A stretch of 32,000 bases of DNA from Candidatus Methanoperedens sp. (GCA_027460535.1 JAPZAR010000024.1:102830-134829); one strand, 5' to 3'; positions 7,784 through 16,824 are shown, numbered from the stretch's first letter. Made by a program: numbers and translations. The notes: a model not told the origin generated them from the sequence alone.

Positions 7784-8959
7784 ATGAAGACATGCATAAT
7801 GTGCGGCGGCGAGGGAACAAGACTTCGGCCTCTTACTTTTGACAGACCAAAACCAATGATCCCGCTTTTGAACAAGCCATCGGTCGTGCATCTGGTGGAA
7901 CACCTTGCCAAGGAAGGTTTCAACGACATTGTGCTCACCCTGGGTTATCTCGGCGGGGAAATAGAAAATGCGCTGGGCGACGGGAGTATGTACGGTGTTC
8001 ATATCGAATATGTACATGAAATAGAAAAACTGGGAACCGCAGGCGGTGTAAAGAATGCAGAGGAACTCTTCGAGGGCGAGCCTTTCATGGTGGTCGGGGG
8101 AGACCATGTCATGAACCTTGGATTGCGGGAGTTCGTGCGCTTCCATGAGGAGAACGATGCCATCGTGACGATCGGTTTAATCCCCATAGACGACCCGCGC
8201 GAATACGGCATCGCGGATATGGATGTCAATAACAGGATCAACCGGTTCTTTGAAAAACCCGGGCCAGGTGAAATTTTCAGCAACCTTGCAAGCACAGGCA
8301 TATACGTCTGCGATCCCGAGATCCTTGATCTGATACCCGGGAAGAAATACGATTTTGCAAAAGACCTTTTCCCTGATATCATGAAAAAAGGCGAGATAAT
8401 CAACGGTTTCCTTGTGCATGGGAGGTGGACTGATATCGGGAACCCGCAGGCTTACAGGGAAGCATGCAGGTGGATGCTTGAGCAGATGCCCGGGACAAAG
8501 ATATCCGGGCGATTTAATATCAAGGACGCAAAAGTGACTGGGCCGATAGACATCGCCCATGATGTTTCGCTGGGCTCGAATTCCTCCATTGTCGGGCCGA
8601 TAGTGATAGGAGAGAACACCTCCATAGGGGATAATGTATTGATAGGCCCTTATACGTCCATCGGGTCAAACTGTAAAATCGGCAATAACTCAAGGATACT
8701 TTCATCGTATATCTATGATAATGTGGAAATCGGCGAAAACACAGCTGTTTCCAGTGCGACCATCGATAATGCCACCAAGATAAAGGATTCCTGTATACTT
8801 GAAACCGGTACTGTCATCGGTCCGCGGGTAATAATCGGGAATGATGTCACGGTTAACTCGCAGGTGAGGATATGGCCGGAAGTAAGAGTAAAGAATGGAA
8901 CCAGGGTCACGGAGAACCTTGGAAATGAGGACTTCGGGAACGAGATAAAAGGCTCCTAA
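7784..8959 (+). CDS. NDP-sugar pyrophosphorylase (sugar-1-phosphate nucleotidyltransferase) with a C-terminal left-handed beta-helix
   Basis: CGGEGTRLRPLTFDRPKPMIPL is the GxGTRLxPLT nucleotidyltransferase motif. The C-terminal third has hexapeptide repeats (IGENTSIGDNVLIGPYTSIGSNCKIGNNS). Confidence 0.8.
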   Translation: MKTCIMCGGEGTRLRPLTFDRPKPMIPLLNKPSVVHLVEHLAKEGFNDIVLTLGYLGGEIENALGDGSMYGVHIEYVHEIEKLGTAGGVKNAEELFEGEPFMVVGGDHVMNLGLREFVRFHEENDAIVTIGLIPIDDPREYGIADMDVNNRINRFFEKPGPGEIFSNLASTGIYVCDPEILDLIPGKKYDFAKDLFPDIMKKGEIINGFLVHGRWTDIGNPQAYREACRWMLEQMPGTKISGRFNIKDAKVTGPIDIAHDVSLGSNSSIVGPIVIGENTSIGDNVLIGPYTSIGSNCKIGNNSRILSSYIYDNVEIGENTAVSSATIDNATKIKDSCILETGTVIGPRVIIGNDVTVNSQVRIWPEVRVKNGTRVTENLGNEDFGNEIKGS

Positions 8960-9639
8960 TCTTCAAGTATTTCTACTGAACCGTCTTTTTTCCCGACATA
9001 GACAATATCGATTTTTGTGAATATCCCGTGCTCCACGATGCCGGAACATTGCGAAAGCTTCTCGCTCAGGGTAAGCGGGTCCTCTATCGTTCCAAAATCA
9101 GCGTCAAGGATGAAATTCCCATTATCAGAAATGACAGGCCCATCTTTATTGACTCCCATGCGTACCACTGCTTTTCCTCCAAGCTCTGACACCTGTTTAA
9201 TAACTAATTTTCGCGCGAAGGGCAGTACCTCTAGGGGAACAGGATGGCTGAGAACATCTGCGATCTTGGATTCATCCACAACTATTGCGAATTTCTTTGA
9301 AGATAGAGCCACGATCTTTTCCCGCGTATGCGCCGCACCGCCGCCTTTGATCGCGGTGAAGCGGGCTATCTGGTCCGCGCCGTCGATGTCGATATCGAGA
9401 ACAGGATGCTCATCCAGCGTGGTGAGCGGGATTCCGCTCTCGGCCGCCAGGAATGCGGACTGGTATGAAGTGGGAACGCCAAGTATTTTCAGGCCGTCAG
9501 CAACGCGCCGCCCGAGTTCTTTGATGGCGTATGCCGTGGTGGAGCCGGTGCCAAGTCCAACCACCATGTTGTTTTTTACGAGCTGGGCTGCTTTTTCTCC
9601 TGCGACCTGTTTGGGATTGATTTGAGTAGAGTTTTTCAT
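8956..9639 (-). CDS. rpiA: ribose-5-phosphate isomerase A
   Basis: VVGLGTGSTTAYAI, DIDIDGADQI and KGGGAAHTREKIV are RpiA signatures. Confidence 0.9.
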   Translation of the reverse strand: MKNSTQINPKQVAGEKAAQLVKNNMVVGLGTGSTTAYAIKELGRRVADGLKILGVPTSYQSAFLAAESGIPLTTLDEHPVLDIDIDGADQIARFTAIKGGGAAHTREKIVALSSKKFAIVVDESKIADVLSHPVPLEVLPFARKLVIKQVSELGGKAVVRMGVNKDGPVISDNGNFILDADFGTIEDPLTLSEKLSQCSGIVEHGIFTKIDIVYVGKKDGSVEILED

Positions 9640-9821
9640 CAGACCATTCTTTGCCTTTTAATTTATAAATTTTTAAAACTTAGCTTTATTTATGTTTGGA
9701 TTTCCGTAGTGAGAATCCTTTAGACATAGCATAATTGATTGGTTTATTTTTATCTTTAGTTGTAAGCGTCTCTATATAATGGCTTTTGATGGCTTAAAGT
9801 TTAAAAAAGGATAGATTTTCA

Positions 9822-10100
9822 TTACTTCATTGAAAGATGAATAGACGAGGAAATTTCGAATATACTTTCCCTTGCAAAATGAATTATTAATGCTGCTTCA
9901 GAGATGTATAGTAAAATTTTAACTGTAAAGGGCAAATTCGGAAACAATAGCTCAGTAAATTTAATCGTAAACCAAATGATTAAAATTGTTAGAAAAAAGA
10001 GGAAGGTATGCTTAACTAAATTAATTGTATAAGGATATGTTTTAACCCAAATATCATGGTGAATAGATGGTACTTCAGGTTTTTTTATTTTATTAGCCAT
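9822..10100 (-). CDS. small membrane protein with two predicted TM helices
   Basis: 92-aa ORF with hydrophobic stretches HTFLFFLTILIIWFTIKF and FTVKILLYISEAALIIHF. It lies 24 nt downstream of the RHH-fusion gene, in AT-rich DNA. Confidence 0.45.
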   Translation of the reverse strand: MANKIKKPEVPSIHHDIWVKTYPYTINLVKHTFLFFLTILIIWFTIKFTELLFPNLPFTVKILLYISEAALIIHFARESIFEISSSIHLSMK

Positions 10101-10124
10101 TAATTCACCATTAATTTATTAAGA

Positions 10125-10637
10125 TTATTTTGATAATCCAGATAATTCTAAAATATTTTTTAAAATCTGTAATTTATCAAGAACTTCTTTATTTTTATTA
10201 GCCGTTTCGTACAATTCATTTATTAGATTAGTTATTATTTTATCAGGCTCATCAAAAATATGAATTGGTAGATTTTTATCATTAAGATGCCAAGTTTGTT
10301 CTGGGGATTCATCAGATTCACTAGACCACATACGAACCTCATCTTGATACAGAATATATGTATAATTAACACCGTTAAATGGATTGGAAGATGAGCCTAT
10401 TTGCAAAGACGTTTCCCATTTTTTTAGAATTTCTGATATTTTTTTAAGTACATCAGTATAAACGTCTCGTAATTTATCAGAAGTCACAATTTTATCATTA
10501 TCATGACCAAGCGAATATAATTTTAATGAGTTCTCAGTCACTTCAGAAAGATTAAGACCTAACTTTTTCGCTTTTTCAATTACTTCTGAATTAATTGAAA
10601 GTGTTAATTTCTTTTTTTCGGATTCCATACGTATCAT
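10125..10637 (-). CDS. ribbon-helix-helix (CopG/VapB-like) N-terminal domain fused to an unknown C-terminal domain
   Basis: 170-aa ORF. KKKLTLSINSEVIEKAKKLGLNLSEVTENSLK matches the archaeal RHH antitoxin/regulator pattern. The remaining ~120 aa are unrecognised. Confidence 0.5.
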   Translation of the reverse strand: MIRMESEKKKLTLSINSEVIEKAKKLGLNLSEVTENSLKLYSLGHDNDKIVTSDKLRDVYTDVLKKISEILKKWETSLQIGSSSNPFNGVNYTYILYQDEVRMWSSESDESPEQTWHLNDKNLPIHIFDEPDKIITNLINELYETANKNKEVLDKLQILKNILELSGLSK

Positions 10638-10710
10638 TATTTCATTATTTGCACGTATGTTTAAATAGTTTTCTGTACATACGTATGTTTTTATTATTAT
10701 TAGTACGTAT
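10627..10710. promoter_or_regulatory. four spaced copies of a palindromic ATACGTAT-type motif around a TATA-like box (candidate operator array)
   Basis: The ACGTAT core occurs at 10629-10634, 10653-10658, 10681-10686 and 10705-10710, with spacings of 24, 28 and 24 bp. The copy at 10678-10687 is a perfect 10-bp palindrome, CATACGTATG. A TATTTAAA element (minus sense, plus-strand 10661-10668) lies between two copies, about 25-30 bp upstream of the ATG. Confidence 0.5.
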
Positions 10711-10994
10711 AAATTAATATTTCAGAAATGGCTAAAATGCATAAGTTTGTTTGAAACCGAAAATATAATATCAACTTCAGTATATTGTTATCCTAAATAA
10801 CTACCAACAAGAATAGAAACGGTCAAAACAAACGTCCATTTGTTTGTACTTTTTTCTTTAAAGGGACAGAAACAAGCTTTTTGATATACCCCTTTTTATC
10901 GCTGAAAATTTCTTATTTCTCTTTTTTTCTTTAATTTAAGATAATTGACCGTTGATATCGGGAGATTGCTTTTTATGAGAATATTAATCATGTA

Positions 10995-11465
10995 TTAATA
11001 TCCGTATTCATGCGAACGAGAGATAAAATTATCCCACTCTTTTCTCTTCGGAAAATTTGAATTCAAAGGAGGAAGTTCGCCATGAGTTTTAAAATATTTC
11101 ACAATAGCTTCTCCCTCAAATTGTTCTATTTCTTTTGTTTTATAATATGAATATTCCAAGTCCTTTGATTCAATTTTTATATTCACTTTTCTTAACAGAT
11201 AAATCATATTACTCGCGGGGTGACCACCCATGTTTTTTAAAGCCCCTCCGGCTTCGAACCCCTTTAGAAACCTTTTACGTCCTTTTTCCATATCGCCATT
11301 TTTACCAATATAAAGTACACCTTCCGAATCTTCCTTTAACCATCGAGGTATTACGACTGGTTTTTTATCTTTAAGAAGTCTTATTCTATATACTGCTGGA
11401 TTCGATTCCGCGGAATCTTCAATGTTTCTCCATTCTGTCCAATAAAGAATAGGGGTAATATCCAT
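10995..11465 (-). CDS. GIY-YIG-like nuclease-domain protein (tentative)
   Basis: 156-aa ORF. PAVYRIRLL...GVLYIGKNGDMEKGRKRF, then FEGEAIVKYF...LPPLNSNF, resemble the GIY...YIG...R...E...N motifs. The GIY-YIG spacing is about 25 aa, longer than canonical. Confidence 0.4.
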   Translation of the reverse strand: MDITPILYWTEWRNIEDSAESNPAVYRIRLLKDKKPVVIPRWLKEDSEGVLYIGKNGDMEKGRKRFLKGFEAGGALKNMGGHPASNMIYLLRKVNIKIESKDLEYSYYKTKEIEQFEGEAIVKYFKTHGELPPLNSNFPKRKEWDNFISRSHEYGY

Positions 11466-11633
11466 ATTATCACTCAGCTTTCATTACAAAATTAAACATG
11501 ATAAAATTATCGAAATTATCCCCCGACTTTTGACATGTCATTCTATCCCCGAAGACTCGACGGAACCTCTCAGTAGAAACATATATATATATTAAATTTC
11601 AGAATCATGTGTTAATAGATAGAAAATTTAAAT

Positions 11634-11676
11634 AAATTGGGTGGTATATTAAGAATGAAATTGGGTGGTATATTAA
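11634..11676 (+). repeat. 19-bp tandem direct repeat AAATTGGGTGGTATATTAA (2 copies, 24-bp period)
   Basis: The copies at 11634-11652 and 11658-11676 are identical and straddle the ATG at 11655. Confidence 0.85.
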
Positions 11677-12317
11677 AAATAGTTCCTGAAGATGATAGAA
11701 ATTTCACTCAAATCGATAATCTTGCTACGTTGAAACAAAAAGTCAAAGAAAGTAAAAGAAATATCATAATAATCCCTTTCGCTTCCGTAATTATTCTTAT
11801 TGTAACAGCAATAGTAATAGCGAAATTCTTTTCGGCACCCGTTCCCCCTCCACCTAGTTTAACAGGGATAACCATATTTGCGGTAATCTACTTTATCGCA
11901 CAGTTATCCGAAAGAGTCACCGAACTATTCAGCGACGTTTCAGTAAAGGGAAGTTCTCCAAGATTAGGTGAATACACGAGACATATAAGTTACATTGATA
12001 TGGTTATTAAAAATACCATTGATAAAAACACGAGAACTCTATTAGAGTTAGACCATCCGTCAATACATGATATGAGACAACTTATTTACTATAATGAGTT
12101 ACAAAGTTACTATGACAAGAGAAATAGGGAGATTATACTTTGGGCTGTCCCCTCATTATTCGCAGTTATATTCACATCACTGACATTAGGGTTGTTTGGG
12201 ATTATTGGAATAACTTACATACCACACGTATGGGATTCGTTATTCAGCGGGATGATCATTGGAGGCGGAACAAAGCCATTACACGATTTAATATCTTACA
12301 TACAAAGTAAACCATAA
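11655..12317 (+). CDS. hypothetical integral membrane protein
   Basis: The ORF has hydrophobic segments IIIIPFASVIILIVTAIVIAKFF, ITIFAVIYFIAQL and ILWAVPSLFAVIFTSLTLGLFGIIGITYI. I preferred the ATG at 11655 over the TTG at 11637 used by the track. Confidence 0.5.
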   Translation: MKLGGILKIVPEDDRNFTQIDNLATLKQKVKESKRNIIIIPFASVIILIVTAIVIAKFFSAPVPPPPSLTGITIFAVIYFIAQLSERVTELFSDVSVKGSSPRLGEYTRHISYIDMVIKNTIDKNTRTLLELDHPSIHDMRQLIYYNELQSYYDKRNREIILWAVPSLFAVIFTSLTLGLFGIIGITYIPHVWDSLFSGMIIGGGTKPLHDLISYIQSKP

Positions 12318-12450
12318 AACCACATTCAGTGGCAACTGGCAATATTTATAGTCGCAGATAATCTACATTAATGAGGTCGTAAGCTCTCTTTTTTTTTGCG
12401 GATGAAAAAAACGATAAAAAAAGAGAACCTGGTTTACCACACCAAGTCGA

Positions 12451-12520
12451 ATAAGAAAGAGTGATTGCTCACTCTCTCTCTTCCAAGAACCGTACTTGCG
12501 ACTTTCACCGCATACGGCTC
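12451..12520 (-). mobile_element. group II intron 3' remnant: domain V (12487-12520) plus a domain VI-like hairpin (12451-12480)
   Basis: The minus strand reads GAGCCGTATGCGGTGAAAGTCGCAAGTACGGTTC, 34 nt. It has the AGC triad, a GAAA tetraloop and a 2-nt AA bulge, which is the textbook domain V architecture. It is followed by GAGAGAGAGTGA-GCAA-TCACTCTTTCTTAT, ending in AT. No RT ORF or 5' GUGYG is found upstream. Confidence 0.7.
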
Positions 12521-12662
12521 AAGCGTTCGATAACCCTTTAAATAGGCCAGCAGTTATTTGTCATATATATGAATCATTTGATTCATGGTCAGTTTCCCAT
12601 ACGTTAAAAAAGTCACAAGATTTATAACTGTTTCATGACATTGCATAATTGCAGGTGAAAAA

Positions 12663-12845
12663 ATGCCTTACATATATAAAGTTAAAAATATCGGAGGAAC
12701 AAAACCAGGGAAAGCGATAGAAAAAAAGTTGAATGACCTTGGAAGCGAGGATTGGGAGTTAATAGCTTTCCAATGCAATAATGATAAGACTTTAACAGGA
12801 ATATTCAAAAAGGTCAAATTGTCATCAGAGAATTCTGGCGCATAA
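12663..12845 (+). CDS. DUF4177-like small protein
   Basis: 60-aa ORF preceded by AGGTGA. YIYKVKNIGG...KLNDLGSEDWELIAF resembles the DUF4177 pattern. Confidence 0.5.
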   Translation: MPYIYKVKNIGGTKPGKAIEKKLNDLGSEDWELIAFQCNNDKTLTGIFKKVKLSSENSGA

Positions 12846-12885
12846 TAGCTATTTCATTCATAGCTACAAAGAACTTCCAGCCTTT

Positions 12886-13815
12886 TCATCTGGCCAATTT
12901 AAGGAACACATCCTCGAGGTTCGGCTGCGAAATCTCAATGTTTTTAATATGGACCTCGCAGAACTTCTTCAATACATTATCAATTATCGACTCCACATTC
13001 TCCGCCACGAGCTTTATTTTTCCATCCTCATGTACGATGTCAAGTATTCCATTAATATCCTTCAAAACCGCAATATCGAACCTCCCTTCATAATCTATTG
13101 TTATGGTCTCACCGAGTTTCATCTGCCTTTTAAGTTCACCCGGCGTCGCATTTGCAATTATCTCCCCTTTCTTGATAAAGGCAATGCGTCCGCAGAGCTC
13201 TTCGGCTTCCTTCATATAATGCGTGGTAAGGACGATGGTTATTTCCTTTTCCTCGTGTATACGTTTGATGAGTCTCCTTATCTTTATGGACATGTCCGGG
13301 TCAAGACCCATGGTGGGTTCATCCAGAAAGAGAAGTCGCGGTTCGTTCAGAAGAGCTTTTGCGAGGGAGAGGCGCTGCTTTGTCCCCGTTGAAAGGGAAT
13401 CGAACCTGGCATTTCTGAAAGGCTCAAGTTCGAGCATGCTAATGACATTATTTATGGACTTCTCCTTGTTTTTCAACCCATACAGCATCGAAAAGTACCG
13501 CAGGTTCTCATAGACGGTGAGGCTCCATGGGAAATTCGGGTTCCCGCTACTGATGTTCACAATGCTTTTCACGCGGTTCGCCTCTGCGAGCGTATCAAGC
13601 CCGAAGATACGTATTTTGCCGCCATCCGGTATCGTGAGCGTGGCAAGAATGGAGATAAGGGTTGTCTTGCCCGCGCCGTTTGGGCCAAGGATGCCGAATA
13701 TCTCTCCTTCCTCTATATCGATGGAAACATTCTTCAGGACCTCTTTTTTCCCGTGGGCCCCCTCTTTGAAGTGCTTATATATTCCCTCTGCCTTGACTGC
13801 GAACATAAACACCAT
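12886..13815 (-). CDS. ABC transporter ATP-binding protein (ABC-2/DrrA-like with a C-terminal extension)
   Basis: Walker A GPNGAGKTT, signature LSTGTKQRL and Walker B LLFLDEPT are present. I chose the start at M22 of the track ORF, because the track start would leave only 15 bp to the divergent gene. No permease gene is adjacent. Confidence 0.85.
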   Translation of the reverse strand: MVFMFAVKAEGIYKHFKEGAHGKKEVLKNVSIDIEEGEIFGILGPNGAGKTTLISILATLTIPDGGKIRIFGLDTLAEANRVKSIVNISSGNPNFPWSLTVYENLRYFSMLYGLKNKEKSINNVISMLELEPFRNARFDSLSTGTKQRLSLAKALLNEPRLLFLDEPTMGLDPDMSIKIRRLIKRIHEEKEITIVLTTHYMKEAEELCGRIAFIKKGEIIANATPGELKRQMKLGETITIDYEGRFDIAVLKDINGILDIVHEDGKIKLVAENVESIIDNVLKKFCEVHIKNIEISQPNLEDVFLKLAR

Positions 13816-13893
13816 ACTGGTTTGAAGAGCAAAAAAGCTTCTTTTCCATTCTTGAGAACAACTTAAATTCGATTCCATCCATACTACAAATTT

Positions 13894-15054
13894 ATGGAGG
13901 GTAAAAAAAGCTATAAAAAATCGCTTGGTCTATACGAACTTGTAAGCCTGGGCGTGGGCGGGACAATTGGTTCAGGAATATTCGTTGTTCCCGGCATAGC
14001 CGCTGGCATAGCAGGCCCAAGTTCTCTATTCGCCTGGTTCTTCGTTGCAATTTCCGCATCCTGTGTCATGTTCTCATTAGCATGGGCTTCTTCCAGATAT
14101 CCCTCCACCGGGGCTTTCTATTCCATCTTTTCAAAGGTATTCGGCACAAAAACATCCACATCCCTTGTGATACTGTATTTGATATCCTCGGTATTCGGGA
14201 TAGCCACTATAGCATCCGGAATAGGTCAGTATCTCTCTTATTTCGGTATCCAAAATATCCTAATTATCGAAATGCTGATAATCGCTATGTTCTGCCTTAT
14301 CAATATAATCGGCGTCTATCTTTCAGGGACCACTGAGATTATCCTGACAACCATCAAAACAATTCCTCTCGTAATTCTCGCCGTCCTGCTGATGCAATAT
14401 ATCCAAAAAAGCAATTTTTCACCCTTCTATCCTGCCGCCCCCACGGATTTCCTGAAGGCTCTGATCATCGTTTACTGGCCTTTTACAGGCTTTGAAATAA
14501 GTGCGATACCTGCTGAGGAAACAAAAGATAAGAACTTAATATTCAAGTCTCTTATTATAGTGATGTCCATTGTTGTATCCGTATATCTTTTATTGAACAT
14601 CTCCTTGATCGGCAGCGTTGGGAGCAGAGTTCTTGCAAGTTCTCCTGCGCCTCTCGCCACGGCGGCGGGATTGATCCAGAAGGAATCCGGATGGATCGTG
14701 GGAATTATCGGGATCGCTGCAATGCTCTCGGCTTTGAACGCCTACGTGCTCGGGACATCCAGGGTGATGCAGAACATATCCCACAGGTTCAGATTTCCGA
14801 TATTGAAAGATATTGGTGACAGGGGGACACCTGTGGCTGCCATATTATTGAGCGCTTTTTTTGGCGGAGGATTATTGCTCTTCTCTAACCATTTCAACGA
14901 GCTTGCAAGCATATCTGTCATAACGACCCTCCTGCCCTATATTTTCTTATGCCTTTCTGCATACATGCTTTTCATTGAAACAAAGATAAGGCTGATCGCG
15001 GGTATAGGTGCCGTCACGACTATTGCTATCCTGGTATTATATTTCATATTCTGA
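13894..15054 (+). CDS. APC-family amino acid permease
   Basis: 386-aa polytopic ORF whose N-terminus [24 protein letters not shown] is the APC-family signature. Confidence 0.8.
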   Translation: MEGKKSYKKSLGLYELVSLGVGGTIGSGIFVVPGIAAGIAGPSSLFAWFFVAISASCVMFSLAWASSRYPSTGAFYSIFSKVFGTKTSTSLVILYLISSVFGIATIASGIGQYLSYFGIQNILIIEMLIIAMFCLINIIGVYLSGTTEIILTTIKTIPLVILAVLLMQYIQKSNFSPFYPAAPTDFLKALIIVYWPFTGFEISAIPAEETKDKNLIFKSLIIVMSIVVSVYLLLNISLIGSVGSRVLASSPAPLATAAGLIQKESGWIVGIIGIAAMLSALNAYVLGTSRVMQNISHRFRFPILKDIGDRGTPVAAILLSAFFGGGLLLFSNHFNELASISVITTLLPYIFLCLSAYMLFIETKIRLIAGIGAVTTIAILVLYFIF

Positions 15055-15116
15055 AGAAGACTCCCGTACACACAACAACCTTTACATATCCGCAAGCATT
15101 TTTAGTACCGACCACT

Positions 15117-16400
15117 ATGACCACACTCGACCCATGGGGCGCAGTCAAGATCGATAATTACTCAAAACTGTTCGATGAGTTCGGGATATCGAAGTTCGAT
15201 GAGCTTCTCGATAAAATACCAAACCCGCACAGGTACATGCGCAGGCATGTTATTTTCGGGCACAGGAGCTATGATTCCGTCCTCAATGCCATGCTTTCAG
15301 GCAAGCCGTTTGCAGCCATGAGCGGCTTTATGCCTTCGGGTCGCGCGCATCTCGGTCATAAGATGGTGATGGAAGAGATCATATGGCATCAGCAGCAGGG
15401 CGGTGATGCATTCCTTGCTATTGCGGACATGGAGGCGCACGCTGTCAGGGGGAAAAGCTGGAAGGAGTGCAGGGAACTGGGGATAAACGAGTATATCCTG
15501 AGCGCGATCGCGCTCGGATTCGAACCGGGTGGGCATATTTATTTCCAGTCAAAGTCAAACAATGTAAAGGAACTGGCCTTTGAGCTTGGCATAAGGGCAA
15601 ATTTCTCGGAGCTGAGCGCCATATACGGTTTCAACGGGGAGACGAACATCGCGCACATGATCAGCGCGCTCACGCAGAGCGCAGATATTCTGCAGCCCCA
15701 GTTAATGGAATTTGATGGGCCGAAACCCGTCGTCATTCCGGTCGGGGCTGACCAGGACCCGCATATCAGGCTGACGCGGGGGCTTGCCTATAAAGTCAAC
15801 ATGTTCATTGTTGAGGAACGCCGGGGCGCCGGGAAGGCATACGTAAGCGTTCGAGGCAAAATGGCACCGAAGGATGCTCTTTCTGAAATTGCCAGGCGCA
15901 CGGATGGTAAACTTTATGAAGAGCATGTGGACGTTTTCGCCCTGGATTCCCGGGAAGTGGAATCTATCGTTCGAGAAGTGGAATTGAAATATCATGGTTA
16001 TGCCTTCATGCCTCCCGCATCCACCTACCACAAGTTCATGACAGGCTTGCAGGGCGGCAAGATGTCAAGCAGCATCCCTGATAGCTACATCGCCCTCACC
16101 GATAAACCTGAAGATGGGGGAAAGAAAGTGATGCGCGCAAAGACGGGCGGCAGGGTAACGCTTGAGGAGCAAAAGGTGAAGGGTGGTGAGCCTGATGTCT
16201 GTACGGTATACGAGTTGCTGCTTTACCACCTGATCGAGGATGATAATGAACTCAAGGAAGTCTATAAGGACTGCGTTGGTGGGACGCGCGTGTGCGGCAA
16301 CTGCAAGAAATATACGGCAGAATTGATGCGGGAGTTTTTGAGAGACCATCAAGAGAAAAGGGAGATGGCGAGGGAGAAGCTTGGGGAGTTCGGGCTCTGA
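15117..16400 (+). CDS. trpS: tryptophan--tRNA ligase (archaeal/eukaryal type)
   Basis: [13 protein letters not shown] (HIGH-like) and GGKMSSS (KMSKS-like) motifs are present. 427 aa. Confidence 0.9.
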   Translation: MTTLDPWGAVKIDNYSKLFDEFGISKFDELLDKIPNPHRYMRRHVIFGHRSYDSVLNAMLSGKPFAAMSGFMPSGRAHLGHKMVMEEIIWHQQQGGDAFLAIADMEAHAVRGKSWKECRELGINEYILSAIALGFEPGGHIYFQSKSNNVKELAFELGIRANFSELSAIYGFNGETNIAHMISALTQSADILQPQLMEFDGPKPVVIPVGADQDPHIRLTRGLAYKVNMFIVEERRGAGKAYVSVRGKMAPKDALSEIARRTDGKLYEEHVDVFALDSREVESIVREVELKYHGYAFMPPASTYHKFMTGLQGGKMSSSIPDSYIALTDKPEDGGKKVMRAKTGGRVTLEEQKVKGGEPDVCTVYELLLYHLIEDDNELKEVYKDCVGGTRVCGNCKKYTAELMREFLRDHQEKREMAREKLGEFGL

Positions 16401-16560
16401 TATCATATTACCAGATTCTTTAAGGGCTTTCTGGCATTCACCACATTTTTGAAGATCAAAACAATAAAAACTACACAGTCTAATTTCGTTTCATATTACC
16501 AAAATTATATAAACTAAAGCAGCAAGATAATCAGTGGATGCACATAAAGGAGGATACACT

Positions 16561-16803
16561 ATGGTACGATTAGAAAAACAGGGGGATTCCTTCGTACTGG
16601 TGACAGGTACAGCACAGAAACAGGACATAAGCGTTTTAGTTAATGCTATGGCAGAGCTTCAAAAAAATTCCCCGGACAGGAATAAGATCAAGGATGGCCT
16701 CTTGTACCTTGATAATTCTTCGGGGACCGATATTAGAAAAGAAATTAAAACTGTGCTGCAAAAGGCTATCGAGTATAGGGAACTGACCATCACAGACTTA
16801 TAA
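16561..16803 (+). CDS. hypothetical small protein
   Basis: 80 aa from the ATG at 16561, preceded by AAGGAGGA. This is in frame with the track ORF that starts at GTG 16534. I recognised no motif. Confidence 0.45.
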   Translation: MVRLEKQGDSFVLVTGTAQKQDISVLVNAMAELQKNSPDRNKIKDGLLYLDNSSGTDIRKEIKTVLQKAIEYRELTITDL

Positions 16804-16824
16804 TCACAGACCAATATTTTACTG

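Noticed and set aside
9729-9737. 9-mer GCATAATTG shared with 12643-12651, as possible boundaries of the 9.6-12.9 kb island
   Set aside because: It is too short to be significant in 32 kb of AT-rich DNA, and it is not positioned at the composition boundaries.
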